A stretch of 63,669 nt of DNA, the filler included, from Basidiobolus ranarum (Eukaryota): NCBI GenBank assembly GCA_040143965.1. It is 22 parts of 22 records of this genome, joined end to end, with 100 filler letters (N's around TTAATTAATTAA, not from the genome) between each part and the next. Parts side by side here need not be neighbours in the genome. Positions count along the whole stretch, not along the records: positions 37,753 to 40,549 come from JASJQH010002974.1; positions 40,650 to 43,444 come from JASJQH010002975.1; positions 43,545 to 46,338 come from JASJQH010002976.1; positions 46,439 to 49,231 come from JASJQH010002977.1; positions 49,332 to 52,122 come from JASJQH010002978.1; 17 more parts are not named here. The stretch is one strand, 5' to 3'. The translations under genes and the position numbers were made by a program. The number at the start of each line of letters is the position of its first letter. Positions within the stretch are counted from its first letter, which is position 1. This document shows positions 37,653 to 51,014 of the stretch, piece after piece. The notes beneath the pieces were generated by a model. That model was not told the DNA's origin. It did not search any database and was given only the letters and a program-made list of their open reading frames with translations.

Positions 37653-38389
37653 NNNNNNNNNNNNNNNNNNNNNNNNNNNNNNNNNNNNNNNNNNNNTTAA
37701 TTAATTAANNNNNNNNNNNNNNNNNNNNNNNNNNNNNNNNNNNNNNNNNNNNCACATGATCATTATCCAATCAGTATTAACCACTGAGTCATCTGCCTAG
37801 ACACAAGTCAATATGAGTCACAGGATTCATAACCAATGATCTTTCACTGCCAAGACTTCAGCTTATGCATGACTCACTTATTGATCTATCTATCTATCCA
37901 ATCACATTTTCTTTTATCAGAATTAGTCATCTAGTATCTTGGTGCTGACTAATACACTTTGCTATCAAAAGTATAAATAACGCTAATAGAACCTTTTGGT
38001 TTAGTGTGTGTCTCCACAAATATAGGATCTGAACACTTCTCAGTGTTTCTCAACAAATTCAATATTACCCTCTCATTTCTATCCAAGCCTTGTATCCACT
38101 AGCACCTAGAGTACACCAAGCCTAGCTGCCTAGCAAATCTACCTTTTACCATTGTATAGCAAACCATGGCTATTTAAAAGACTAATAATAGTTTTGTCTG
38201 CTCTGCTGATATCTCTTGCTTAAACAGCTCTAAAATCTTTCACTAACTATATCTTTGGTTCAGGTAAGTTCAAAATTCTTTATCAGCTTTGCTCTTAAAC
38301 ACAGCATCACCTTTTATCCTCAATTAGAACTTAACTTCAATTTATTTCCCAATTTGAAAGTTGTCCTTTATATAATTTTTTCAAACTTA

Positions 38390-39200
38390 TGCTAGAAGTA
38401 CTCAACCTTGTACACAAGTCACAGAGACTTTTCCTAGCACATTCTATATGCTAGTTTGCTTTCATTTAAACAAAACTATGAATGTCAACTCTCCACTCCA
38501 TGAATCAATGAGTGAAAATCATCAATTTTTAAGTTTCTCCCATAAACTTCCAGCAAGCTCTCAAAGTACTTTAACAGGTTGTGGGCACAAATCTTGCACT
38601 CTCTGTATTGTACTTTTTACTTCTCAAATTTGGACACTCTTGCCTCTGACAACAAACTGGATGGAATCAATCACTGGTTTAGATATTAAAATAAAATATG
38701 GCTGCAAGAGAAAGAACTTTGGGATACTGTTATAGGAGAAGAAAATAATGGCAAACAATCCAAAACCACCGTTTTACACCAGGCTGAAAAAGTATAAAGA
38801 GCTTTTGATTCAACTGGTCCGGCTGTTAAAGTCTAGTTGGACTTCTATGTTAAAGAGCCAAATTTGCTAAGAAGGTTTGGAAAGCCATGGACAACAGCTA
38901 CCAAATAAATTCTGCTGCCAACAAGATGTTTGAAAAAAGACAGTTTTTTAACTCAAAGACGGAGCCATGAGAAGACAAGGACTCACTAATTAGTTGAACA
39001 GTTATTTTATTGGATTAAAAAAGATGCATTGGTGTATTAACTACTGCTCAGGATACTCTACTTACAGTCCCAATTAGACTGTGTGACAAGTTTTACAGCC
39101 AAATATTGGCTCTTGAATCCTGAACTGTAAACTTAACCCTAAATTATGCACTTAGTAGACTATTTGGTAAGAGTATATGTAAATCAGAACCCTACCTTAT
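38390..39200 (+). mobile_element. Ty1/copia family A relic: partial LTR, degenerate PBS, gag
   Basis: Aligns by eye to 4495-5300. LTR end TTAACA at 38576, followed by GGTTGTGGGCAC. Confidence 0.75.
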
Positions 39201-39719
39201 TCATGCGGAAAATACTGTAATACAATATGGGAAGCCCTCCAATTGATGTTAAAAGCACTTCAGGAAGAAAAGTAAAGAACTGGCTATTTAAGCAAAGATT
39301 GCTTTCAAAGCATTGCAAAAGAAAACAAATATATTGCATCTGAAAATGTGGTTTCAACAGATGATTGTTTGTTCATATCCCTATTAAAGATGAACATTGT
39401 AATCCCATGGAAAAATTTGCATAAACTGCACTTCACCCTGATTTGCCATTGAAATCCCAACACAATATGGGAGTTGAACTGATTTCCCATAACCAAAAAA
39501 CAATTTGCAGCTCACTCATTTAATTACTCTACTTTATTGTTCAACTATTATTGGCTACAAGTATTTGTAAAAGCTTCTTACTAATAGCAGGGGGATATTC
39601 ATAGCACACAATTTGTTACTCTGACTTTTATTGATTTTATTCTGACCATATTTGCCACACTTTCATATAAAATTAAATTCTGGTGTGAACAGTAGTATCT
39701 CCCTGTACATCTTTAGCAT

Positions 39720-40549
39720 AAATAAAATTGATTTGATCCAGATTAGATCCATCCTTTTGGAATACAAATCCATCAGAGGACCATCACAATATTGGTGGTT
39801 TGCATTCTGCCAGATATTTCAATGTTATGATGGCAGCTTGGTAATGTTATTATGATGGTAATTGTACATAGTGAAATATTTATCCTCATATTTGGCATGT
39901 GTTATTTAACTTACAACAATTACTGGAAAAACCAATTTTCAAATGACAAATTACTGGATATACTGCTATAGGAACTCAGATTAGTATGCACACCTTTCTT
40001 TAGATATGTTAGGCATTGGCTTCCAGGCAGAATTGGAATAAAAAAAAACATGAATATTGTTGCATTTAGTCTCTACATATGCATACACTTGTCTGATCAG
40101 ACATAATTCAACAACATCCATATGCTGGAGCAGCAAACTGATGGCTGAAGAACTGCTAAATATCTGAAATTTTGAGTAGCACTGACATTTGGCAAATAAT
40201 TAACTCTTGTTACCATTGCCAATGAGGATAAGGATGTGGATCTTAGTACAGTTCTGTAAACAATTCAGCCAAAATATCCCCAACTTGCAGCCAAAAAATG
40301 ATTTGCCACAAGTGCATGTGTCATTGCTTGAATAGATTTCCTCATGGCTAAAGCAATAATACTCCATATGTCAATATATTTAAGTAGGAACTCTGCCTTG
40401 CAGCTTTCCTAAAAATGCCCTAACAGAAATTTGAGGATTGTTATTGTAGGGAAACCATCACAATTTTAATCCATTTGGGATTGACTATTTACTTACCATC
40501 ATAAAATCATCTAGTTAGATTTGATTTTAATCAATTTTTTCAGTTTCAG
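39720..40549. mobile_element. CACTA-type 3' region (39720-40417) interrupted by the CCCTAACAG element terminus (40418-40549)
   Basis: Homologous to 26190-26890. Terminus matches 11446 and 28608. Confidence 0.75.
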
Positions 40550-41214
40550 NNNNNNNNNNNNNNNNNNNNNNNNNNNNNNNNNNNNNNNNNNNNTTAATTA
40601 ATTAANNNNNNNNNNNNNNNNNNNNNNNNNNNNNNNNNNNNNNNNNNNNCAGGAAACAGACTTATTAAGATACTCACCAACGATCATCATCATTCCTATT
40701 TACCTAGAATGCAAATTCTAAACCAAATCTTCACGTTTTGGAACCAGATCACTGGTGAAATTACGTGATTTGGTGCAAGCAGAAAGTAGAACTAGGATAA
40801 GTGTTTGATAAATTGTCAGTATACCAATATGATTATTTTATACTTATATATACTCCAATGTATACGTAGTAAACGGAGGTTTATTCCATAATAGCATGAC
40901 TGGAATGATATACTCCCTTAATTTTCATTGCTTTTCAGGCTTACCCTGCTGTGTTCACTCTGGTGCGCTACCTCAAGATGTGGCCAAATAACAAATGTAG
41001 TGATTTACAAGGATGCCATTGATTTGAAATAAGGGCCAGTAGATTCATGGCAAGTTCAAGAATTACAACACAGATGGTATATTGATGGTATTAATTCTGC
41101 ATGCTCCAGTAACATCTCAAGTATTCCGTGTGCAAAGTCTCTCTGTGCATACTTACCAAAGTAATATAATGCTGTTAAAGAGAGGTAATTCTACACAATA
41201 GATATGTTCATTTA

Positions 41215-43444
41215 ACAAGCTTGAAAAAATCAATATATCGGGGAACTTCTAAGTTGATGTCAGTATTCTAAGTAAATTCCAATGGAGAATAATGGAAAAT
41301 ATCTTAGTGAAATATAAGATAACTAAGTACTAAGCTATATATTACTATATAGGTGTTTAGGCAATGCTAATTTCAACAATGCCAACAGTTACTAAAAGAT
41401 TATTTGTTAAAGTATTTTGGGAGCCTGTTGGAAGTGGTTTGGATATTGAGAGATATTGGTGGTGTTCTCTGATTGATTTACTGAGTAGAAAGTTAACATT
41501 TACACTTTTGTCAAGACATAAGCAAAGTAACATGTAGAATGTGTTAAAGAAGGTTCTAGAAACATGTGTGCAAAGTTTGGGGCTTATAGCTCAAGTTTGA
41601 AGAATCTATATATCTGAGAACTTTTATTTTATTAAAGATATTGTAAGTAAATGCCAATTGAGAACAAAGGGTAATATCTCAGGAGAATATAAGATAACTA
41701 AGTACTAGGCTACATATGAATACATAGGTGTTTTGGCAATGCCAATTTCAATAATTACTATATCAATAAGTCTCACAATTAGGCCTATATCTGCACAGCT
41801 CAAGTACATGAGCCACAGATGTTAAAAGAGGCCCTGAATAGCCCTCACACAAAAGTTTGGAGATCTGCAACAGCTGATGAGTACTAGGCTCTGATTGATA
41901 ATCAAATGTGGATTCTAACCAAACTACCTGGTGACAGAAAATCAACTAGCTGCTGATAGGCTACCCCTAAGTTAAGTACAGCTCTGATGGCAATATAGAA
42001 AGGTACAAATCCAGAGTAGTAGCCAATGGCTATTCCCAAACACCAGGAATAGATGGTACAGAAACTTTTGCTCCTATAGCAAAGTTTAATTCACTTAGAT
42101 TGATTTTAGCAATTTCAGCTATATATTGGCTTATTATACACAAAATGGATATTAAAACTGCTTTTTTGAATAGTAATCCTGCTGAGGAGATCTATATGGA
42201 CCAGCCAGATAGTTTTGTGGATCCAGAAAATCCTAAAAATGCTTGTAAACTCCAAAAAACACTCTATAGCTTAAAACAATCTCCCAGAGCTTGGAATAGC
42301 ACGATAGATGCTATTTTGGAAACACACAAATTCCAAAAGAGTAATGCTGACTGTAGTATCTACTCCAGGCCAGATAAGACAAACCTTGTTTTATTAGCCT
42401 CATATGTAGATGATCTTATTTTAGCAACCAATGACTTAAAGACTTTGGAGAGAACCAAATCCCACTTATCTGCCTAATTTAAATGACCAATCTTGATGAA
42501 CTGTTATACTATTATGTAATCCATATTAAGGTACCTTGACAAAAAATTTTTATTTGCATTTCATACTACTTTCTGAGGGTTTTAAAATGGGTCTTTACTG
42601 ATATTGCAACAATTTTCTTATGGTTTCTCTACTAGTCTTTTTTTCCTCCCATTTTCTCATGGTATTCCTACCCCTATATTTGTGTTTTCTCTGGTTTTCC
42701 TCCAGTATTCATTCCAATATTTTTCATAGGGGTAGTGTTGGAGGATCTTGACATAATGAGGGTTGACTCTGTATATGAGAGGCAACTTATGATATTGTTT
42801 TGATTACTTTATTCTTAAAGGAATATGGAGGCTTATATTGTAGAGAAGTAAATAAATTGTTTGAGATATGCAGGAGTTGATTTAGGAAGATCAATAGATA
42901 AGTGGGGGTAATAAGATACACTTGTTATATAGATATATAGATTTACTATTTAGAATATAGGTGCTATAGATATATTGGTTTTTGTTTCTAATATATGTAT
43001 CATAACTGAAGTTAACTAAAATGTTGCAAAAAGATTAATTATCCAACAGATAGATTGAGCTACCAAAACAATAACTTTAAACCACTCTAATCATAACATG
43101 ACTAAAAATAGCTCAAATCAGACATTCTTGGACTCAAATGAAAGCCAGAAAACTCCTTATCAATGATCATTATACAAGATACACTCGGGTCTACTTTATG
43201 GAAAGAAAAGAACAAGCTCTCTCTTTCTTTAGAGATTTTAAAACACTTGTGGAGACTGAAACTGGAACTAAAATCAAGAAAATGTGTACTGTTAATGGTG
43301 GAGAATATACTTCAACACTATTTAAGCACTTTCGCAAAGTTCATGGAATTAAGCAAGAAACAACTGCTCCCTATTCACCTCAACAAAATGGAGTTGCTGA
43401 AAGAGCTAACAGGACTATAATAGAAATGGCAAGATCTATGATAA
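41215..43444. mobile_element. Nested retroelement debris: two family A LTRs (minus), copia RT (41790-42530, plus), family C LTR (from 42736), copia integrase (43150-43444, plus)
   Basis: RT motifs HKMDIKTAFLN, LYSLKQSPRAW and YVDDL. Integrase motifs NGGEY and APYSPQQNGVAERANRT. Confidence 0.88.
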
Positions 43445-43544
43445 NNNNNNNNNNNNNNNNNNNNNNNNNNNNNNNNNNNNNNNNNNNNTTAATTAATTAA
43501 NNNNNNNNNNNNNNNNNNNNNNNNNNNNNNNNNNNNNNNNNNNN

Positions 43545-43972
43545 ATCAATAAAAACCAAGAATATATCGGCTCATTCTTCCACTGATACAAATAGATCAC
43601 AAAATCAAGTCGAGTAAACAAAGGGCCATAGTGATTAACAAGGCGATTGAAGTTGTATCGAGAACCGTGCAGTCCGCCAAAAAACTTACTAGAGTTGCCC
43701 GCAGATGCTTTATTTTGAGAGTGAGTGTCAGAGGAAGAGGGGTCGTGTGTTGCAAGATCTAAAGAGGACTTGGATTGATTGCCTTTATCATGTAGATCCT
43801 CTGTAGACCTTGAATAAACGGCATTACTTTGTGCTAACAGGAAGTCAAGATCTTCATCAGATGGCAAAGAATCTGTGGAAGTTCGTGTTTGCTGTTCCAT
43901 ATTTTCTAAGATTGAGTCCGAACGATTGTTGTGAGAGAAAAAACCACTTAAAGAAGGTTTTTTGATATGCAT
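43545..43972 (-). CDS. Probable Pex24p-family (Pex28/29-like) peroxisomal/ER membrane protein, N-terminus, partial
   Basis: Ser-rich N-terminus followed by NFNRLVNHYGPLFTRLDFVIYLYQWKNEPIYSW, resembling the NF.R....G..F......L..W..P motif. First ATG at 43972. Confidence 0.55.
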
Positions 43973-44642
43973 ACTAGGGTAAATCAACTGTTATTAACAG
44001 GAACTTATTTAATCTAGTTCTGAGTTGGTTAAAGTAGGGTGCTTCAATCAGGGTTGATGTCACTTTTATATGATGTTGAACGACACGATTAATGGATGAT
44101 GCGACCTAATGTAATTAGAGAATTGATGGTCACAAGGCTATACTATATATATATAGATATGTCATGACAGATGCATTAGAGGATATTCTGGTTTCAAGGC
44201 ATATGTCATGCTTTCAAAGAGAGTGTTTTGCTGCCAGTATTCTAAAGATCTTTCGCATTAAAATATTGGTCATTTATATGTAGAGTTATTTGAAACTGGT
44301 CATTTATATATAGACAATACGTAGAGTGAAGATTTCCATCCACTCTATACCTTGTTATAAAACGGGAAATTACACTAATTGAAAGTATTTCAACGGTTGG
44401 GCGTAAACCATGAAAAGAAAATTTAGCCCTCAAGGCTGCATTAGCACACTGGCACCAGCACGAGTTATTCTGATTCTATCTTCAGATGCATGCCAAGCAA
44501 TATCCATTTTCATTAAATACGACAGTGAGAATTTATAGAGGAAATTTGGATTGATGGGGGAAACAACTATGGGTTACATTAAAATACTAAATTATTAATG
44601 AATGAATGAATAAATAATTTGAAAGGCTATGTTGGGATGTTG

Positions 44643-45653
44643 CTAGTTAAATATTTTTAACACGGATTCATAAACCAAAAAGTTGATTGAATGGATCGGG
44701 AATGCACGAACAAGTGTTGGTACCATACCAGAATAGAGTCCACGAATACCTGATTGTGCAATTACTTTACGGAAGCAATCCATTCCATTAACATACTGTC
44801 TTTGACTCATAAAGGCCTCTTTTTGAATACGGGATTTGACAAGATCCACTGGAAATCCAACAAACCAGGACATGGTTCCACTACATCCACCGGCAAACAT
44901 ATATACCAACGGCGATCCAGAAAACCCTAATTGGTTGGTAGAGAGGTACTTGAAGCCCTCATAAAATCCGAAATAGAAACCCATGCCAACACCATCTCTA
45001 AGTAGTTGTAGGGAGGCACCACGATACAATGCACTGACTCCATAATCTCTTACGATTCTTCTAGCACAACCCACTGTTGTCTCATGAGCAAGATTATTTG
45101 TAGCTAGCCCAGAAGAAATGGCAATGACTCGTTGAAGCTGCATCTGAACTTTGACTAGCTCTAAAGGAATACAAGGGATACTACTAATGGTACCGCCAAG
45201 TACACCAGCAACAAATATAACTGGTAAAGTGGACAGAAAATGCTTTGAGGAGTATTCTTCAAAAGTAATTTTTTGTTGAAGCCTGTGTTCTTCTGGCAAG
45301 ATATATAGTCTGTTAACCAAATTCCGCTTTGCTGTATCATATACAGTAAAGGTGAGCGCTTTAAGACAGGTTGTACTTATCAATGGACTGATAATTCCCC
45401 TATAAAAAGCACCCATCCCCTCTTCTTGGAACATCACCTTAGCACATACGTTCATTGATGGGAAATCTGAAGTTTGCATACGTGTTTTCAAGCAATCAAA
45501 TGGATATCCAACGAAAGTTCCAAGGATTCCTGAAGCACCTGCTGCGACAGTAGTTTTGTATGGTCGTACTGCTGAGATTATTGGGTTGTCATATTGATAT
45601 TCTTTTTTATCAGTTAGTTTAGTAGTGGGAAGCGAAACCTGACGTTGGGCCAT
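44643..45653 (-). CDS. Mitochondrial carrier (SLC25) protein, carnitine/basic amino acid carrier-like, complete and intronless
   Basis: Three PX[DE]XXK[TVS] motifs (PFDCLKTR, PLELVKVQ, PVDLVKSR). Likely ATG at 45653 (MAQRQV). Confidence 0.93.
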   Translation of the reverse strand: MAQRQVSLPTTKLTDKKEYQYDNPIISAVRPYKTTVAAGASGILGTFVGYPFDCLKTRMQTSDFPSMNVCAKVMFQEEGMGAFYRGIISPLISTTCLKALTFTVYDTAKRNLVNRLYILPEEHRLQQKITFEEYSSKHFLSTLPVIFVAGVLGGTISSIPCIPLELVKVQMQLQRVIAISSGLATNNLAHETTVGCARRIVRDYGVSALYRGASLQLLRDGVGMGFYFGFYEGFKYLSTNQLGFSGSPLVYMFAGGCSGTMSWFVGFPVDLVKSRIQKEAFMSQRQYVNGMDCFRKVIAQSGIRGLYSGMVPTLVRAFPIHSINFLVYESVLKIFN

Positions 45654-46438
45654 TATTAAAAAGAAGCAAAAATACCACCAAACGACCTCTACTGTCAAGC
45701 AAGTCTAGAAAGGAAAGTTAAAGCCGCCATAAGAAATGAGATATTCTATATGATAATGAGAGTTGATCAATCTTGATTCAATGGTGAGAAATCAAGGAGT
45801 TTCCACGTTGTTGCAGAGGCTATGATGCACCTTTGGATACAACAAATTATGGGGACATAAATAGCACTATGTACCACCAGTGCTTTAGCCAATTATTCTC
45901 TGGATTGTTTGGTATTAAATCAAACCCCGAAGCAACATCAATTTCTTTTGCCATCGATTAAACTGGCCACCAAGCATCAATTGATATAGCACTACAATAG
46001 AGATAACTAATTCAAAATAGACATTAAAGAGTGTGGAGTTTCACTTGAGTATCTGTGATTTTAGCATTTAGCTTAATTTCGGTACAAAGTTTGATATAGT
46101 TTTCTTTAGCTGTGACTTCCAAGTCATTATCTTACATAGATAACGTATGAATCAAATCACCACGAAACATACGTAAAATTGGATTTTTCTCAATCTTATT
46201 ATTGAATTGTAAACATTTCTTCACAATATCTATTTGGTATAAGCGGTGATTTGTTAATTTTTCATGATATCACTCTTTACTTCAGCATGAGTCGTTTTTC
46301 CGCGTTAAGTGGTGGTTCGAATCAAGAAGAATTCTCTGNNNNNNNNNNNNNNNNNNNNNNNNNNNNNNNNNNNNNNNNNNNNTTAATTAATTAANNNNNN
46401 NNNNNNNNNNNNNNNNNNNNNNNNNNNNNNNNNNNNNN

Positions 46439-48180
46439 AATAAATTGCTATTCAGAAAGACTTTTTTGTGTGCTTTCAATATAAATCCAGGTTATGGACA
46501 GCCAAGAGTGCCAGAATTGATCTAATGGAGGTAAATGTAGCTAATGGAGCAAAAGTTACATTGAAATATTGGAGTGTGGGAATAACCTGTGCCACCCAGT
46601 CTTGCTTTGAACTGTTCTATGGTTCCATGAGCTTGGTTTGCGGCTATATAGGCCCATATGCAATCTGTTTGCTCTCTCCCCAATAGTAACAGACTTAAAA
46701 CCCATGTTTTATTGTCCTGAACAGAAGAAAACTGATCAGATATTGCTTTTTCCTACATTTTTGAGTCTGGACACTGTAGAGCTTGATCAAACGTCTGTAG
46801 CTCATCACTAAGAAGCTGCATAAGCATGGACATTATGATTGGAAGTGTTCCACCAGTATCCTGGCCTATTCATCTTTGTGGATGACCTTGCAAGGCCTCA
46901 ATTATCCACCAATGTCATTGGGGCTGGAATTTTGGTTGAATTGGGCTCAGATGCAGCTGGAAATTTGTCAGACACCCCGTAAATAGTACTGATTGTGTTT
47001 TGTGGGTCAAGAACTGTGCTCTGTGGTGAAAAGGTTTCTTTTTGATCAAAAATTACATCTCTGCACTTAATTAACTTCCTATTTTTGGCATTAAGCTGTC
47101 TATGGGCCTTAGATCCATCACAGTGACCAAGAAAGATGCAATTGTTGCTTTTGGGCTACAATAAAGAGCATTTTTTAGTGGCAATCAAGCTAAATCCTCT
47201 ACAACAAAAGATACTGAGAAGATCAACACTTGGTTATGATCTATTCAGACCTTCAAACAGAGTAGAATCTTGTATCAATCTTGTTGGGCACCAGTATCTC
47301 AAATAGAGTTCAGTGGAGACAAACTCAAACCAGTATTGCTAATCTAACTTGTGATTATGCAACAATGATCTAGTCATCTCCACTGTGAGCCTATTAGCAT
47401 GTTCAGCAACTATATTTTGCAGTGGAGTATATGGTTCAGTAGTTTGTTGCCTAATTCCATGTATAGAGCAACAATTAACAAAGCCCTTGGAGCAGTACTC
47501 TCCACCATTAGCACTCCTAGATACCCTTATTTTTTATGCTAATTCTTTTTCTACCATTGCCTGGTAGAGCTTGAATGTTGTTAAGGCTTTAGAATTTCAA
47601 TTAAGAAAGAACACCCAAATATATCTTGATTTGTCATCTGTAAAGGTTGTACAGTACCTTTTGCTACCTAGTGAGACATTTTTCATGGCCTCATTTGTAT
47701 TGGAAAGTATCAGAACAAAATTCTGAGTAGATTTGATCTCTCAGGACTTGAAAATGGCTGTCAGTGATATTTTCATATATGCAACCTTCCACATATTCAA
47801 TTTGGTGATATTTTAAAATTCTAGGGCTGAAACAAGCTGATTTTGGATCATTTGGGTGGCTTTTTGCTCCCCAATCTGGCCTAACTTTCTATAACATCTT
47901 TGACAGCTTATTTCACCAATTTTGGCCCAGTTTGCATGCACAAAATGCAATATGTTTATACTAGCTTGTGTAAGTTTTAAGTTTTGATCCCAGTGGCAGA
48001 TTTAATGTTATTCCAATCTTTGATAATGCATCCATACTTGCTGAGCACTAAATTTAGTCCTTGAGCTGTTGCTTGGATTACTGAGAGTGGGTTCCTAGCT
48101 ATATTTGGTACATACAGTACTTCATCCAATTTTGCAGATGGCATAGCTGAATTTTGGTCTAAATTGAGCATAATTGTGCT
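46439..48180 (-). mobile_element. Ty1/copia pol relic (protease, integrase, RT start)
   Basis: VLYVPNIARNPLSV (post-protease motif) and integrase NGGEY remnant near 47500. Homologous to 33600-34750. Confidence 0.85.
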
Positions 48181-48220
48181 CTTATTTCATTTTCTTCATT
48201 CTTCTAGATGGATAACATAT

Positions 48221-49231
48221 TGGTTAACATTGGGTAAATAGTCACTCATTAATTAGCAGTTAATTTATTCATATTGAGATTATTAAGCACTAAATTTTGC
48301 TATTGACAAACATGTGTTTATAGCTTTAATTGATTGAAATATAAATTAAACTCTTTTACCAATTTTTGCCACTCTCTCAAAGCTTTTCATATCACCTCAA
48401 ATTTTCACCCATGCCTTACAGGCATGTTTATTGTAGTCTGAACATGTTCAATGATCTTAGTTTATAATAAACTATTATTAGGACATCCTCAATACAATAA
48501 GACTTAAGTGTTAAATTTGCAAGGTCAGATCTTGTCAAACACATTTCCAAAATCCTAAAAACTTCTATCAGATTATAAACCCTAAGGTAGCTGTGGAAGG
48601 AATGCATACCTACACTAATACTAATGTTTTTGCATTTGCAGAGAAGTTTGATGGCAATCACTTTCACCTTTGGAAGTTCACAATGCAAATGGTGCTAGTA
48701 GACAAGGACCTTTGGGAGTTTGTTACAGCTGAGCATGTAGAGCCAATTTTGCAAGAAGCAGAGGAAATCACTCTCTATACTCTGTCTGCATCTCAGAGAC
48801 TGTCCATTGAGACACATGCACATAGCCAAAAACACCCAAAATGCTTGGGAAACATTTGAGGAACTATATCAAACTAAAATTCTGGCTAATAGGTATATCT
48901 TATATCATAATAATTCTTAATTCAGATGATTTATGATAAATCTTTGGCTAATGATATAAACTTGACAGAAACCATGGCTGATCAGCTCTCATCTATTAAG
49001 GCACCTTAAGATGAAGATGACTTAGTGACAACACTTCTTGGGAGCATGCCAGACAAGTTTTAGAACCTCAAAGCTGCCCTTGAATCAAAATCAAAACCAT
49101 TGACAATGTAATATTTTAGTACTTGAATGTTAAATGAGAAATTAAGGAGATCTAATTCTCAGCAAAATATTGCAGCTCAGGCTTTTCATGTAGCTGTAAA
49201 ATGTCCAACATGCTTCAATCATAATGCCTCT
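48221..49231 (+). mobile_element. Ty1/copia family B-like 5' end: LTR, degenerate PBS, gag
   Basis: LTR similar to 57485-57836, ending CTATCA at 48570. Gag motif EKFDGNHFHLWKFTMQMVLVDKDLW. Confidence 0.82.
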
Positions 49232-49389
49232 NNNNNNNNNNNNNNNNNNNNNNNNNNNNNNNNNNNNNNNNNNNNTTAATTAATTAANNNNNNNNNNNNN
49301 NNNNNNNNNNNNNNNNNNNNNNNNNNNNNNNCCATCAATCAATTTACCATATGTGTTCCTTTCTAGCAATAGCGCACGGGAAGAGACTA

Positions 49390-50940
49390 TAGTCCCCTGA
49401 TTATTTATTCAATCCATTGTTGAGCAAAGTCCAACAGAAACACTGTCAAGACAATCAACTTCCAAAATGCCTACTTTGCCTGCTATTGAACACCCCTATG
49501 TAGACAAATTGGAGAGAATTATAGAAGCAAGGGAATCTCAGGCCAAAAACCATAGTGACTGACATGTGACCATAAGTAAAAACTACAAGGTGGATGTACA
49601 GGCAATGACAAGCAATTATGCCACAATATCACACTTAATGCAATGTTCCAAAGCAACTAGTTATCATTTAGAGAGACACTCAACAATGATACAAGATCTT
49701 CAGAATGCTGTACTTGAACTACCGCAACATGCTGCTTCCTTCATCCATTCTCATATGGGACTTCAATCAATCCTACACCATACATATAAGCATTGCCATA
49801 ACAATCTAGCTGAGCAGAATATGTGTTGGACCATTAAGCCTACACAATGGCCAAAAATTACTTATGCTCTTGAAAGTAGAAATCTCATACAAAGCCAGCA
49901 TATCAAAAGACTCTGTATGTCAGAGATGCTGTCACTTGCTCTGACAATGAACAATTCAGCATTATGGAAACTGTGCAGAATCTTGCCAAAAATCAACTCA
50001 ATTTAAGCCAATTGTGGAAAAACCAAAGACAGGCATTACTCTGAAGGTTCTTGAGTTAATTTATGTGTCTTATCCTAGGTTTGCAAAAGCTGATGGCAAT
50101 TGGGCTGGTATAGGCCTATTCATGAACCATCTCAAAAATATACACTTTGATTGACTTGAAAAAGAAAGAAAAGCAGCTAAAGAAGTACTCAAGGTGCAGG
50201 AAGTTTGTAAAAGCCAAGGGCAAAGTAAAGGAGCCGGTGAGTTTTGGCCCTGCTATCCCACTTACCAAACTTCTCACCCCATTCCAAAGATTTGTAGTTC
50301 CAGAGTCAGATATACCAGCAGATATATGGGCAAAAAGGCTTAATTTATCATAGAATCAAGTGTGCTAAATTTGGTAGTTTATCCAACACCTGGAACCTCT
50401 CAACAAGCCCATCCACCAACAAATACAGTTCAAAGCTCTCCAACCTCAATTGGTATTTTTCAAAGCATCAAAAATAGTCTCATACATAAAGGAAAGCTAA
50501 AAGCCACACAGACACCACAAAGCACCCTCAATAGTGTCACACTAGAAAGATGTGTAAAAATTGTGGAAGTGCTTATGGAATATTTTCAAAGGTATCAAGG
50601 GAAAAATGCAGTTCAGGTATGCAAAAAGTGGCTTCAGAAGAAGAATATTCAACTTGAAATTTTGTCTGGTGTTGACTGCACAGATATCTGCAAAGAACCT
50701 GATACATAGTGGCACAATATTGCAGGGTGATAATTTGGCTTATAGTCCATCAGTAATTACACTGGCTTCAAGTCTAATGGTGATTTGCCTTTCACCAGTC
50801 ACTGGAAAAGCCTGAAGTCTTGTACTGTTTACACATATTTGACAATCACTGAATCACAGAAACTTTGTTCATATTTGGCATATTTATTTTAGATTGGTTG
50901 TGTTGAAGTCTTGATGAAATCACCCAAATATATGCTTGCA
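49390..50940 (+). mobile_element. CACTA-associated upstream ORF relic leading into the transposase N-terminus
   Basis: Paralog of 17630-18204. Runs into sequence homologous to the CPNGCLAFT region at 1465-1630. Confidence 0.6.
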
Positions 50941-51014
50941 ATTAACCAATGTCCCACTACAAGTAGAAGTGTCATTACTAGAATGCATTGTGGCATGACC
51001 AAAACAGTAATATT

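Noticed and set aside
42532-42735. Possible MITE with TACC...GGTA ends
   Set aside because: Terminal complementarity is short and imperfect, there is no second copy in the window, and no clear TSD.
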